This document shows positions 22,590 through 35,883 of a DNA stretch of 47,360 bases, in pieces. Made by a program: the position numbers and the translations under genes. The stretch is from Octopus bimaculoides (Eukaryota). How positions within the stretch are numbered: the stretch's first letter is position 1; every line of letters starts with the position of its first letter. The notes below the pieces were generated by a model. It was not told where the DNA came from. It was given only the letters and a program-made list of their open reading frames with translations, and ran no database searches. The stretch is taken from contig NC_068991.1 in NCBI RefSeq assembly GCF_001194135.2, positions 76,018,650 through 76,066,009 on the forward strand. The letters are read 5' to 3'.

Positions 22590-22982
22590 ACCGTATTGCT
22601 CTTGTTGTTCGTGTATGGATGAATGCCCATTTCCCCAGGAAATGGATGGGTCGACGTGGTCCACATAATCGGCCAGCCAGGAGTCCCGACTTAATACCTC
22701 GTGACATCTTTCTTTGGCGTTGGGTAAAGAAGCAAGTGTACTGTGCCAAACCAAAGACTTTAAAGAACTTGAAGGGCGAATACGAGAAGTTATATGCCTT
22801 CTACTCCACCAAAGGTCATGGTTAAATCAGGTGACGCAATCCCGGGGCGACGCAATTTGCTGGTGGCGACATCTGGAGCCCATACCGAATTTTAAATAAA
22901 ACCTCATACCAAAAGCTTTCCTCTCATATGCATTTTTAACTATGTCTATTTTAAAACGGCTAGTTACTTTTCAGTCACCTTG
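22590..22982 (+). mobile_element. 3' part of a Tc1/mariner DD41D (rosa-like) transposon
   Basis: VRVWMNAHFPRKWMGRRGPHNRPARSPDLIPRDIFLWRW...KELEGRIREV (WPARSPDLTPCDFFLWG motif); terminal CAGTCACCTTG followed by TA at 22983-22984. Confidence 0.85.
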
Positions 22983-23424
22983 TATATATTCTATTTCAGT
23001 TTGCGCCAGTTGCATCTGAAGACAACATTTGTTTTATGTCGAAAACATATATAACACGAGACCCTAATTATCGCAAATTACTTCAAGACTTTTGGTTTAG
23101 GCGAATTATAGTCTTTAGAAATTATATCTTCACCATAATAACAACTCTTCATTTCTTGTCATTGTCTTCTCCCGTAATCTTACGTAACAGTTACGTGTTT
23201 TACTTAATTTATAAAACTCAGGTCTACTAGTTTCCGAACAATATATTTCTTGGATCGAAAATATCCTTAAACACTAAATTCCCAGGGTCAGCTGCTTTAG
23301 CAAGTCCCACAAGGATTTCTCCTCTTCATTACGAAGTTAAATGAACTTCTTTCCCCGATAATACCCTTTTCGGTTGAAACAATTTGTGAATCAGAGAGAG
23401 AAAGATTATGAATAAATTGTATAC

Positions 23425-23652
23425 CGTGTGTGTGTGTGTGTGTATGTCTACGTGCGTGTGTGCGTGCGTGTGTATATATGCGTGTATGTATGCATGTGTG
23501 TATGTTCGTGTGTGAGTGTGTATTTGTGCGTGTTTAGGTTTTGTAAATTTATACATATATAGATAGATAATTGTATGTCTGAAATTATCTGATGGTGTGT
23601 ATATTATATATTTATCTTATATACACATATGCATATCTATATATATATAATG

Positions 23653-23701
<49 letters not shown>

Positions 23702-23984
23702 NNNNNNNNNNNNNNNNNNNNNNNNNNNNNNNNNNNNNNNNNNNNNNNNNNNNNNNNNNNNNNNNNNNNNNNNNNNNNNNNNNNNNNNNNNNNNNNNNNN
23801 NNNNNNNNNNNNNNNNNNNNNNNNNNNNNNNNNNNNNNNNNNNNNNNNNNNNNNNNNNNNNNNNNNNNNNNNNNNNNNNNNNNNNNNNNNNNNNNNNNNN
23901 NNNNNNNNNNNNNNNNNNNNNNNNNNNNNNNNNNNNNNNNNNNNNNNNNNNNNNNNNNNNNNNNNNNNNNNNNNNNNNNNNNNN

Positions 23985-24020
<36 letters not shown>
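23425..24020 (+). repeat. (TG)n and (TA)n microsatellites around a gap at 23702-23984
   Basis: Direct reading. Confidence 0.9.
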
Positions 24021-24479
24021 GATATTCTTATCCGAAGTCTCTTTTGTTGGTATATGGTTGATGTAATGATATATACACTGAAGTGAGTGATTATTCATTC
24101 CAAAATCTAATTACAAATACAGACATAAAATCCACATATCTCGTAGCAAAAAAAAATGCATTAGTCACATAGGATTTTGGATGGATGAAAGACTCATAGA
24201 AATCGTTTGAAAGCTAAATCATACTTCTGTTAACGTCTCACAATAATTACTGTATCTCGCCGTATTACTGACGCCTGAAATTACTAGTAGCAGGAGAAAC
24301 ACCAACTACAAAGTCAGAACTACGCATAACCAATATTCTACACCAGCGCCATAACTATATAATTTTATCTTCAGGATGAGCGAGAGTAAAGGACCTACTT
24401 TTTGAATGAGAATAAATTCGAACAAGTAACGTGTAACTATACATAATAGTATGTTGCGTTTTCCACTGATGTTATGACA

Positions 24480-24849
24480 CTAACAACAGCAACAATAACA
24501 ACAACAACAACACTAACGACACCATTGACAACGATACTGGTTACCACTGTATTAATAACACAATCAGAATGAGAAGAACAAACTTCATAAATATCAAAAA
24601 TAACAGCTTCAAAAACCAACAGTAACAGCTGCAACAATGCTAATAATAATAATAACAATAATAATAATAATAATAACAATAATAACAATAATAATAATAA
24701 TAATAACAATAATAATAATAATAATAACAATAACAATAATAATAATAATAATAATAATTAATAACAATAATAATAATAATAATAACAATAACAATAACAA
24801 TAATAATAATAATAATAACAATAACAATAATAATAATAACAATAATAGC

Positions 24850-24883
<34 letters not shown>

Positions 24884-24913
24884 GTAGTAGTAGTAGTAGT
24901 AATAGTAGTAGTA

Positions 24914-24949
<36 letters not shown>

Positions 24950-24978
24950 GTAATAATGATAATAATAATAATAATAAC
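24480..24978 (+). repeat. Long compound (AAC)/(AAT)/(AGT)n array
   Basis: Direct reading. Confidence 0.95.
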
Positions 24979-25024
24979 CCAAGATCAATGCCTACCTACA
25001 AAGAACTACCAGGCCAACATATTA

Positions 25025-25884
25025 NNNNNNNNNNNNNNNNNNNNNNNNNNNNNNNNNNNNNNNNNNNNNNNNNNNNNNNNNNNNNNNNNNNNNNNNNNNN
25101 NNNNNNNNNNNNNNNNNNNNNNNNNNNNNNNNNNNNNNNNNNNNNNNNNNNNNNNNNNNNNNNNNNNNNNNNNNNNNNNNNNNNNNNNNNNNNNNNNNNN
25201 NNNNNNNNNNNNNNNNNNNNNNNNNNNNNNNNNNNNNNNNNNNNNNNNNNNNNNNNNNNNNNNNNNNNNNNNNNNNNNNNNNNNNNNNNNNNNNNNNNNN
25301 NNNNNNNNNNNNNNNNNNNNNNNNNNNNNNNNNNNNNNNNNNNNNNNNNNNNNNNNNNNNNNNNNNNNNNNNNNNNNNNNNNNNNNNNNNNNNNNNNNNN
25401 NNNNNNNNNNNNNNNNNNNNNNNNNNNNNNNNNNNNNNNNNNNNNNNNNNNNNNNNNNNNNNNNNNNNNNNNNNNNNNNNNNNNNNNNNNNNNNNNNNNN
25501 NNNNNNNNNNNNNNNNNNNNNNNNNNNNNNNNNNNNNNNNNNNNNNNNNNNNNNNNNNNNNNNNNNNNNNNNNNNNNNNNNNNNNNNNNNNNNNNNNNNN
25601 NNNNNNNNNNNNNNNNNNNNNNNNNNNNNNNNNNNNNNNNNNNNNNNNNNNNNNNNNNNNNNNNNNNNNNNNNNNNNNNNNNNNNNNNNNNNNNNNNNNN
25701 NNNNNNNNNNNNNNNNNNNNNNNNNNNNNNNNNNNNNNNNNNNNNNNNNNNNNNNNNNNNNNNNNNNNNNNNNNNNNNNNNNNNNNNNNNNNNNNNNNNN
25801 NNNNNNNNNNNNNNNNNNNNNNNNNNNNNNNNNNNNNNNNNNNNNNNNNNNNNNNNNNNNNNNNNNNNNNNNNNNNNNNNNNNN
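25025..25884. other. Assembly gap
   Basis: N characters. Confidence 1.
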
Positions 25885-25898
25885 AGAAGAAGAAGAAG

Positions 25899-25929
<31 letters not shown>

Positions 25930-26000
25930 GGGTGGGTTTTTGGGTGAGTGGTGGTGGAGGAGGAGGAAGAAGCGGAGGGGGAGTATAAGGAGGAGGGCGG
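25885..26000 (+). repeat. (GAA)n followed by a G-rich (GGT/GGA)n tract
   Basis: Direct reading. Confidence 0.9.
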
Positions 26001-26199
26001 AGATACTTGGACGTGTTTTCTCATTCTTTCTACCGTAACTTTTTCGAAGGTGAAATTACGAGGAAAATCACTGCTGATGCTGAACTTTTAAATATAGGGG
26101 CAATGGGGTTAAACATTTTTGTCAATATTTCCCACTTCCTGGGGAAAGGAGAAGTAGTTTTACGATGAAAATATTTTCTTTTTGTAAAGCCTTTAATGA

Positions 26200-26370
26200 A
26201 CGGCTACAGGTCTGAAATTCTGGCACGCGGCCAGCAGGTTTAGGAGAGGGGCTAACTCGACCTCAGTTTTCAACTGGTATCTCTTTTGTCGATTCTGAAA
26301 CGATGAAAGGCAAGTGCGACTCCGGCGGAACTTGAACTTGAAAAGTAAATACGGACCAGCTCACCGTCTT
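26200..26370 (-). mobile_element. Diverged, internally deleted GGCGAGCTGG-headed SINE
   Basis: Reverse complement: AAGACGGTGAGCTGG...AAGTTCAAGTTCCGCCGGAGTCGCACTTGCCTTTCATCG...GAATCGACAAAAGAGATACCAGTTG. Confidence 0.75.
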
Positions 26371-27939
26371 AGCATCAAGTAACATGTTAAGCCCACTTCT
26401 ACAAGTTTATAAGAGTCAGTAAACAAGAAAAGAGAAAAGGGGAGAAATTTAGTTCTTAGACACGATGCATTTATTTCAGAATAGGTAAAGAAGATTATGG
26501 GTCTTTGACGTAAAATAGCATGATTTTGAGCAAGTACAGCAACGTACACATGTCCCCAAATGTTAGAATCGAGAGCACAAACTGAGAACCTCAGAGAGTG
26601 CCATTACCTAACTTCTGTAACTTGAACTACCTCATCAGACAAACAGTCGATATAAATTATTTGGCGGTAAAAGGTCTGCAAGACAATACTGTGTGACAAA
26701 AGAAAATACACCTTTGCGTCTGTCGCTTATGAAACAACAAGTAGTGGAAAATGTATCTCTGCTTTTGTGAAACCAAGTTTGCTAGAAGCCGTGAATGTTG
26801 GTTGATACACGGTGACCTCTATCGACCGAAGATAATAGAGAAGCCGAATTGAAAATTAAGCATGACTGGTTTGATATGCATCTCCTTAGTATCTCCTCCC
26901 ACAGTTCTTTAAGCAGTACAACACATGGTTTGCAACATAAGGTATCAGTGACGACGTTTACCATTTGCTTGTCCACACTTTGTGTCGCGTAGTTTATTTA
27001 AAGCTAAGTAACCAAATGAATATGTCACCGGATGAACATTTATATAGATGTAACAGTCCCAAAAACAATATTCCTCTTCTGGTTGTGAGCAATTTCCCGA
27101 GTGCAGAGAGAAGCTCAATGATATTGTTGATGTAGTGTAGAATGCTTAGCTGTTACACTTGTAATATTATGATGCATCTAACAATTTCTGTGCCGAGCAA
27201 CAAAGGATGCTGAGAAAGAGATTGATGTCTCTTTGCAGGACCAGTAGCAACAATAGGAGATCTTGGAGAAAGCTTTTCCAATAGAACCACATGTCAATGT
27301 TCTGCAAATGGCAGAAGAAATCGATATCTTCACGGTCCCATAATCCGAAGTAGCCGAAGCTTCCCTTTCATTCTTATCAATCTATTCACATGTGACGATA
27401 GAGAGCAGATAGAGGCTGAACAGAATGGAGAGAAGCATTAAAAGAAAAAAAAAGAAAAGAAAAGAAAAGAAAATTAGAAGGCTAAGATACGAAATGAAGA
27501 TGTGTGTAAAATACAAAGCGAGTACCACAGTTCAAAAGATACGAAATTTAAAGTTCTGAAAATGAGCAAAGGAAAGTATAGACTTATTTACAAGAGACAG
27601 GTAAACAACAAGGCATTACTGACGTTAGCATCAAAAATATCTTAAAAGGCTGATATTCACCATCGCTATTAAGGAAACTACTTTTCGGAATCTGTAAATG
27701 CTTTCAATTCCGCGCATCTCAAGCCGGGGAAGAAGTGGATACTCTTAATCTACCTAATTTGTGGGCACTCACCCGGGTCTGGATAGACTCCTTAATTTAT
27801 CTCCTACGTTACTAATTCCTATTTCTTTGAAATTATTCTAGTTTCAAAACTCTCCACATATATATGTTTTATCTTTGATTCTTTATTCATAACCTGTGTG
27901 TCTATTTCTTTATTTTTAAAAAATTAAAATGAATTTTTT

Positions 27940-28712
27940 GTATACTGTGCTCAGGTACACTACAACTAAAAAGAGTGGCATCAGGTGTACGGTTGGCGAA
28001 TTTCAGGAAGCATGGATGTTTTGAAGGATGTAGTGTATCGATGGCTAACAAGTGACGCAGGTATTCCTTGCTTGAACAATTCTGAAAAAAAAAATGTTTC
28101 CGAAAGTCTTATGTGCTGTGTTGTTTTTTAATTTAGTAAGCATGTCCACAGGTGTTTGTCATGGAATTCAAAACGGTGCTCACGGTTGTTGTTGGAAAAA
28201 ATGGGGTAACCTTGTGGGTGTCTGCCAAGTCAGTTGCCAGAGCTTTAATGTGCCCTTGCCCAGGAAGGCAAGACGTTCAGAATATCGGAGATGCCTGACG
28301 GCGGGTATACGTTTGGTTGTACGTTTCTGAACATTTTCCAGGAATTGATATGCTGAGCAATACAGAAGTTCCTGACTGGTGATGCAAACTCTAAATGTGG
28401 ACTACCATAGTCAAACGTAGATCGCTATTTACAATAATACCCAGGTCACGTCCACTAACAGAATTTTAAAGTTTGTTGATGTTGTGGGAGAATGTAGAAG
28501 CTGGGTCTTTACCTCTAAATGTGCATCGCGATGCACTTGTCCACAGCTAACTTAAGTTGCCAGTCAGTAATTTATTGCTGCATTATGTCCAAGTCTGATT
28601 CGAAGAAAGATCTATAGCGTATATCTATTATTTTTATTCCGAGGTACAACTTGATGTCATCTGCATATTTCAACACTGTAACATTTTTGAGGCTGGTGTC
28701 AAATGTCATTAT
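27940..28712 (-). mobile_element. CR1-clade LINE reverse transcriptase remnant
   Basis: Minus strand: VLKYADDIKLY (about 28645-28680), DLDIMQQ*ITDWQLKLAVDKCIAMH, DLGIIVNSDL. Confidence 0.85.
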
Positions 28713-28724
28713 CTATAGCCAGAC

Positions 28725-28734
28725 AAACAGACAT

Positions 28735-28769
<35 letters not shown>

Positions 28770-28779
28770 TATCGATAGA

Positions 28780-28813
<34 letters not shown>

Positions 28814-28842
28814 TATAGATAGATAGACAGACAGACAGACAT

Positions 28843-28873
<31 letters not shown>

Positions 28874-28874
28874 T

Positions 28875-28932
<58 letters not shown>
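28725..28932 (+). repeat. (GACA)n/(GATA)n array at the internal microsatellite position of the adjacent SINE
   Basis: Direct reading. Confidence 0.95.
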
Positions 28933-28934
<2 letters not shown>

Positions 28935-28937
28935 ATG

Positions 28938-29095
28938 ACGGGCTCCTGGTTCCCCTCTACCATAGCCACTCGCAAGTATTTGGCCAGCCGGAGACTATAG
29001 TAGAAGACACTTGTCCGATCTACCATGCAGTAGGACAGAACCTTGGACCATGCAGTAGGGAAGCAAACCTCTAACCACACAGCCACACATGCCCC
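28938..29095 (-). mobile_element. 5' half of a CORE-type SINE
   Basis: Reverse complement: GTGGCTGTGTGGTTAGAGG...GGTTCTGTCCTACTGC...GACAAGTGTCTTCTACTATAG...GGAGCCCGT. Confidence 0.85.
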
Positions 29096-29099
29096 TATA

Positions 29100-29700
29100 A
29101 TTGTTGATGTTCCAATCATTTTGACACCACCAATATCCAGATAGGAATTTTAACTATTAAAGTATGACTCGCATATCAATGACAAGCTTTTCGATTAGAT
29201 TAGACTTTTCTTTTACCAAAAGTTCAACAATTATCATTTTTCTTCGAGAGATGTTTAATCTGAATATATTTCATTTTATCGTAGTTTGATCTTAACGTAG
29301 TTTGTGCAAGGCGCTTCATGTTAAGTGATCCAATTAGATTACTTGTGTTCGGTATAGTCTATCTTCTCCCTTTAAATAAATTTTCTCTTGTATAATAATC
29401 TTTTAACCTCGAGAGAGTCTGTTTAAGTATGTTCCTAAGAACTTGAAGTGCAATATGCCATGTTGCTTTTTATCACTTAAGTACTTCGGATATATGTAGA
29501 CAAGATGGATGATATTGAATATGTAACACAAACTTAGAACACAATGCCTACAGAGAAATGCATACTCAATTTCAACGTAACGGATAACTACTAAATCCTC
29601 TTGTGTATCATTTTCTCTGTTACATCAAACGTGTAATATCTGCGTTTCAGAGATCTGTGGATGACACAGAAATTTAACTAGAATACAACGTGTAAGATCA
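29100..29700 (-). mobile_element. Probable upstream (endonuclease-RT linker) part of the same CR1 element
   Basis: IKHLSKKND...V*SNRKACH*YAS resembles IKSNPKAFY.YAK; compare the cleaner linker at 47089-47360. Confidence 0.45.
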
Positions 29701-32700
29701 AATGTAAACAAGCATAAAACGAACATTAGCAGCCTCAAGATTAAAATAGTAATTATTAAATCATTATATTAGGCAAAATGTCATCATAAGGGTAGAAAAA
29801 AGATATACCGTTAGGTTATTGGGTGTTGTTTTTTAGAATCATCTCAGCTGAGATAAATGATAAAAAATTAATTTATAATAAATTATGTAATGATAATCAA
29901 ACATTTATTAAGAATTATGTACACGCTAAATCAACTAAATATAATAAAGCTATATTCGTGCCGAAAGTTTCGAAGACGTGCGAAAGTCACTGCAAATACC
30001 ACGCACAGAGAAAGTCATGAAGACTGGGTTTTAAAAAAATGGACTGCTTATACAGAATCTGGAAACAATTCATATAAGTCTATGAAAATTTTGATCTGTG
30101 TATAATTTAAATGTTTCTTATTCCTTTTAGCTGGTATCATTGATAATATAGGAATATATTGAATTTACGAGAGAACTGCATACACTGAAAGAGAGAGTGA
30201 GAGAAAGTGGGAGAGAGACGAAGAGGAACAAATTATGTCGGTGAGTGTAAAAGACAGGGAAATGAATTCAAATATGAGGAATATATAAGCATAGAGAAAA
30301 AAAAAAGAGATTGGAAGAGAGATTGAGAGAAAGAAGGACAAATTGAGAAGTTGGAATATGAGACAGACGGAATTTCTGTAGGTATTTAGGTATGTCTCTC
30401 AACGCTCGGCATACATTTCTCGCTAAATGGAAGTTTAATTTGTTTCAATAGTCCACGGTCGGTAAAATAAATTACTAGTGAAACATTTAAATCGATTTAA
30501 ACTAATATACCACTCCCAGAATTCGTGTCATTGTGGTAGAGTTAGAAATCAATATTTACAGAAACATACATTCAGTGTAACAGCGAACAATGCGCATTGC
30601 GGAACTAAGATATTTCTCTTTACTTTATGTGATCGAAATCCCACTGGGATCGATGACGAACATTCATTCAACTAGAGTCGGGATAATATGGAAATTAAAT
30701 GGCAAATCTTAAGAGCATCGAAACAATGTTTTGTAGGATATGTTTTAACTCGTTGCACTCGGAACTTGCATCTCACTATGGTTAAATCTCCTTTTCATTC
30801 TTCCGAGTTCGCTAAAATAAGGTAACAGTCCAGGGCCGTGAACTAACGAAATTGGTAGATCATCATATCAGCACGCTTTACAGAACTTGTTCCAACCATC
30901 TCAGTTCTGGATGCCTCGGCAATTCTGATGAATTTGTTTTCATCCAGTCGATATGATGGTCTTATGTAAGAACAAGCAACGGAGAGGAATCCACAGTTGT
31001 CTTCTCAAACGGCTGTTCTCATCCAATCATATAGAATTATCTAATAAATCATCAGTGGTTGTCCATCGATCTAAAAGCATGGTAAGAATAAGAATAGGTA
31101 TCAGAATCTACTGATAGAAATTGCGCAGCTGACAATGTAAGACCTAAAACTTGAGGACTTAATTGAAATTTCTCTGTACAGATACATGACACCTGGATTC
31201 TTTGTAAGAAATTTATTTTATAGGTACATGGTCCCCGCAAGACGACAAAAACAGGAGAATCCCTTTATGAAATTGCCTTTCAGTTATGATCTGCGATCGA
31301 TCAGAGTTCGCAACATTAACATAGCTAAGACTACATCCTACAGTCTGGTCCTTTCTTTCGGGACCACAAAATAATTCAGCCCCAATAGCTGCTGACAGTT
31401 TGCAAGATTCAGATAAAGCCTACAATGGGGTTCAGCTCTCACTTCTTATCCAGTTCTGCTGAACCGCATACAAATAACTTGGACAGCACCTAGAAAAGGA
31501 TTACATGACTGACTGATATTCAATCATTAACGTATTCGCTCCAGCCTCTCGTCCATCGCTATGCTGTTTCTTCTGTCTGTCTTTTCTAGCGCAACAAATA
31601 TTGGACCTCGTTTATTGACGCTGACTGTTTTCGTGCCTCCACCACTCAAGCACCCTCGATTTACATGTTTCCGGTTCTTGTCATCCCTGCAATCTTGTTG
31701 AATCCAATGCACTAACTATAATAGCCAAACCCTACTCCCCGGGACAGCCTCTCATTAAGATCTTCTCCCTGCTCGTTGATTTTGATGGTGTTCAGTAGTA
31801 GCAGTTTAAGCCGAACATTAACGACATACAGGTGCATAATTTCGCTGAGCCTGCAACGTTCAAATGCATTTCAATTTTTCTGCAGACTCATCAAGTAGAA
31901 GCAAAATATCCTGTCCTAATCATTTTACGTTTCATATCTCAATACCCAATAATTAATTATCAGAAAAACGCTGGCCAAATACGACCGACACTCATATATC
32001 GGACACGATTTTACTCATGATGATTTCAAATACAGAAATTTCTAGCAGCAAGACATAGTGTTTTTCTTCTACAAGTTTGTTTTGTTTTACTTTTACATCA
32101 AATATGAAATTTTATACGATAGATAAATAAATAAATACATAAATAAATAAAAATAAATGAATGGACAGTTTCAGTTTGATAATATGAAATATAACATTAC
32201 TACCCCCGATCGATTTGCATAGATTCCATATGCTTCATAAAGTCATCCAATAATTATACATCCATGTTATGTCCATCAGTAAAAAAAGAACAACAACAAT
32301 GAAAGACAATATGAAATTCCATCAGAGCCAGGCTATAAATATCTTATTAATGTTCATTGATATTAGTTACTACGTTCCTGATATGATATCTCCCTCGAGA
32401 GTCCGGCATCTACTTTTAATATAACCACTTGTTTAGCTTTGTTGGATTTAATATTGTCGCTTCCGTATTCGTTTCATTTATCTATTTATTTTCATACATT
32501 TATTTTTTTTTCTAATTTTCGTTGTATTAAGTAGCGACATATTTTACAAAGTGATGCTTTTCAAATTCAAGATGAATGATGTCAAAATCACTCTCTTTAT
32601 TTTCAATAATTTTCCTATTCACAACATGCACATTCTATAGGACGATACGATAAATCCAATCTGTCTTTTATTATCACGAAATCTCATTTGTATATCATTT

Positions 32701-32834
32701 AATAAACTACACAGACAACAGCCATATAATTACACACGTGCACAACTATACACAGAATACTCGAATAATCAATATATACATTTCAAAGATACCCGAGTAT
32801 ATTTTATACTCAATAACTACGTAGATATATATGA

Positions 32835-33293
32835 ATACACACACACACACACACACATAAAAACATACAGACACACATACATACAGACATATATACATGC
32901 ATACATATATATATGGAGAGAGAGGGAGAAAGAGAAAGAAAGAGATAGACACACACATAAGACACAATATTTTAATATTTAATATTTTAGCAAACATCTG
33001 CATGTTTACTATTACTCTATCTCTTTCGCATCATCTCCATGACTGTGTCTGTCAGCCTCCCTGTCTCTACCTCTCTGTCTCTCTTTTCCATACAGACACA
33101 CAAACACGCATGCACACACGTATATATACACACATATGCACACACATATGCACACACACACACATATATATATACACATACACATATGCACACACACACA
33201 CACACACATATGTGTGCTTATGCATATTCGTTAAAGTGTTTATGTATGCATGTGTACATACATATACATATGTATATATACATACACATGTAT

Positions 33294-33329
<36 letters not shown>

Positions 33330-33447
33330 GGGAATACAAGCATATATATGTATATAAATATATGTATATATATATATAGATAGATAGATAGATCGATAGA
33401 TAGATATAGATATGCATCTCTTTCTTTCTTTCTGTCTTTCTCTTTTT

Positions 33448-33497
<50 letters not shown>
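32835..33497 (+). repeat. Large (CA)/(TA)/(GATA)/(CT) compound microsatellite field
   Basis: Direct reading. Confidence 0.9.
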
Positions 33498-33499
<2 letters not shown>

Positions 33500-33620
33500 G
33501 TAACCACATGTGAATCGTTGCCGATTTTCTTCCCCCGTCTTCCTTTCTACTGAACTTTTCTCTGTTTCCAAAGAGAGGCGTCTGTTCGAAACGTTAAACC
33601 ATCTTTCTTTTCTTCCCCGA
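33500..33620 (+). mobile_element. Penelope-like terminal remnant
   Basis: CCAAAGAGAGGCGTCTGTTCGAAACGTTAAACC resembles the GAAGA...CGAAACGT terminal motif; related to 44100-44262. Confidence 0.4.
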
Positions 33621-34085
33621 TCCTTTTCAATACAATTTTCCTTTAGTCACGGAGTTATCTGACCATTACTTAATTGGCTTTACTACTGTTACAATACAAA
33701 TTTGTCATACCAGGTCAGCTCTTGACCTCATTTAAAAAGGAATCTGAATTGGCTGACTTTGGTATCGAATGGACAGTAGCATTGGCCCAGTCGAATTAAA
33801 TGACTGTGTTCTAAATCTATTTCCATGACATATCAATTAAAAAAGCCCTTGGACAACTAAAGTTTGATCTATAATGCCTGATGGGATTGAAACTTCAAGA
33901 TAAAGATAAGGAAAATGTTACATTTAACTGGTATAATTAAACTGTGATCATCATCTAAAATTCATTTATATACCTTGCCAAAATTGGCTCCACCATCATT
34001 CCCAGATGCATCGTGTCTTTCATTATTACTCTATAACACATCTGTAACTCTCCAATGTTTATTACCTTCAGAATGCTCACAAACA

Positions 34086-34860
34086 TTTTTTTCTCCGCTT
34101 AACTCGCCACTCTACAATAATTTCACGGAAACGTCTTTTATTCTAGCATAAGTGTATGATCGTATTGACGTTGCACTTAGAAGTTGCAATCGAAAACTAC
34201 TTACGTTCGTTAAAACTATCTTGATATTTTTTTCCTCTACTGGGAACTATTCCAATCTTTATAAATACGCTACAGTATTCGCATCCCGAGAAATGCAATC
34301 ACCACTTTCACTTACAACTTCACTCGGTTAGAAACAGTCATCTGGGGAATAACTAAATTTACAAGGAGATAATATAGTCTGTGCAGTCTGTGGATGTATT
34401 AAATTTCCAAGAAATGGTCTTCCATGCATGAAATGTCACATGTACAGGACGATTGTATGTATGCCATACTAACGGCACAACCAAAGCATTGCGCCCATGC
34501 AGGTTTGAATGTGTGCTGCTTGCTCATATACTGCTAGAATAAAAACACATTTTGAGTGAATGCACAAGTGTAGAAATAACTTCGGTTGGATTTGTGGTAA
34601 AAATCGTACGCCACATTTGTGAGAGAAAATATGAACGAACATCTTGGCGAGATTAAATACCATCCAAACAAGTACAAATATATGACTGACATAAAAAAAA
34701 AGTGTTGAGCTCGAAATAGTAGGAACGATTACCATACGTAAAGGTAGCAGTATGAAAAACTTCAATATATATTCAGGTAAAGATTTTAAAGAAACTGCTT
34801 GTTTGATGTAGCAAATTCCGTAACTCCCTTGCAAACGAACAACATATTCCATTATCCTTA
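34086..34860 (-). mobile_element. Probable Gypsy integrase C-terminal remnant with a polypurine tract
   Basis: Minus strand: KSLPEYI, FSHKCGVRFL, HFMHGRPFLGNLIHP, YSPDDCF. Purine tract GAGTTAAGCGGAGAAAAAAA (34105-34086) is directly followed by TGTTT, a candidate LTR start at 34085. Confidence 0.5.
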
Positions 34861-35109
34861 GATGGGTAAACTCAGAGCTAACCTGCGTTTAAGAATGAGA
34901 CACTGACGTCAGTGTAAATAGAACAGTTTATATAAACGTAGAGAGAGGGTAGCAGTGATTTACTGGCTGAAATATTGATTATACATCAGTGAACGCCAAA
35001 TTTGAATACGTGATACCTATACATAGGTAGTGAGAGAGAACAAGAGAGAGTGGCGGTAGATCTTTTGATCAAACAAAACACGTTATTTCTGTTGCTTACA
35101 CTTGGCTTT

Positions 35110-35230
35110 TCAAGTTGCTGGTCTTAACAAACGGATGGAAATCCTGACAGAAATGTCGAGCTGAATTTTCTAGACAAGTTGCAAAGAATTGGTACAGATA
35201 ACGAGACATTTTGTTCGACACGATAACAAC
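35110..35230 (+). mobile_element. Possible mariner transposase C-terminal remnant
   Basis: AGACAAGTTGCAAAGAATTGGTACAGATAACGAG resembles the I.KL...W..VVDN.G.Y coding end. Weak. Confidence 0.3.
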
Positions 35231-35756
35231 TCGGCTCACTCTCAGTTTACACACGCGCACAAACACGCATACACATATAAACACACGTACACACTCGTTC
35301 ACACAGATGCACACACACATATATATGAATGGATGAGTGAATTACTAGAGAGATAATAGAGAAATTTTTCTCATATTTTCCTCACAGTATATCTGTAATG
35401 CTAACCAAAACTCTATGCAATAGTAAATTATAAACAGTTTGCTTTATATGCAATAGCTTCTTGAAACACGAGAAAAAACTTTGCCGGAATGTAACACAGC
35501 ATTTGCCAAAATGCTGTTAACGCAGCAGTAATTCGTTAATCGAATTAAATCCAAAGCATATGCAACAACTGATTGATTGATATTCACAACTCGTCGTTCT
35601 TATGACGTTTGATGGGTGATGCTAGAGTTTTGATGTCAAATCTGAATATCATTGATAAAAGGAATTGTGGAAGTTTGGCGCTTTGCCACATTTTCTTCTG
35701 AAGTTAACAACACCACTTCATATGTGTGCAGTAACAATGGGGAACTAAATGCATAG

Positions 35757-35757
<1 letters not shown>

Positions 35758-35808
<51 letters not shown>

Positions 35809-35838
35809 NNNNNNNNNNNNNNNNNNNNNNNNNNNNNN

Positions 35839-35882
<44 letters not shown>
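35758..35882 (+). repeat. (GA)n, gap (35809-35838), (TA)n
   Basis: Direct reading. Confidence 0.95.

Positions 35883-35883
<1 letters not shown>

Noticed and set aside
9394-26038. Longest ORFs in the track (e.g. 12285..13313, 24637..25947, 24956..26038, 9394..9972)
   Set aside because: They are open only because N runs and simple repeats lack stop codons; the translations are poly-X, YI, RE, N or L runs.
28521-28536. Perfect 16-bp palindrome GTGCATCGCGATGCAC
   Set aside because: It lies within CR1 RT coding sequence (KCIAMH on the minus strand), so it is most simply a coincidence of a TE relic.
32897-33571. Cluster of overlapping His/Thr- and Cys/Val-rich ORFs
   Set aside because: Translations of (CA)n/(TA)n microsatellite. 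The same applies to ORFs at 18200-18838, 19114-19666, 22131-22508 and 35636-36009.
34469-34852. 127-aa hydrophobic ORF resembling a membrane protein, and a Cys-rich CAVCGC...CMKCH reading on the opposite strand at about 34375-34470
   Set aside because: Better explained as a decayed integrase relic; no splice or family support for a real gene.
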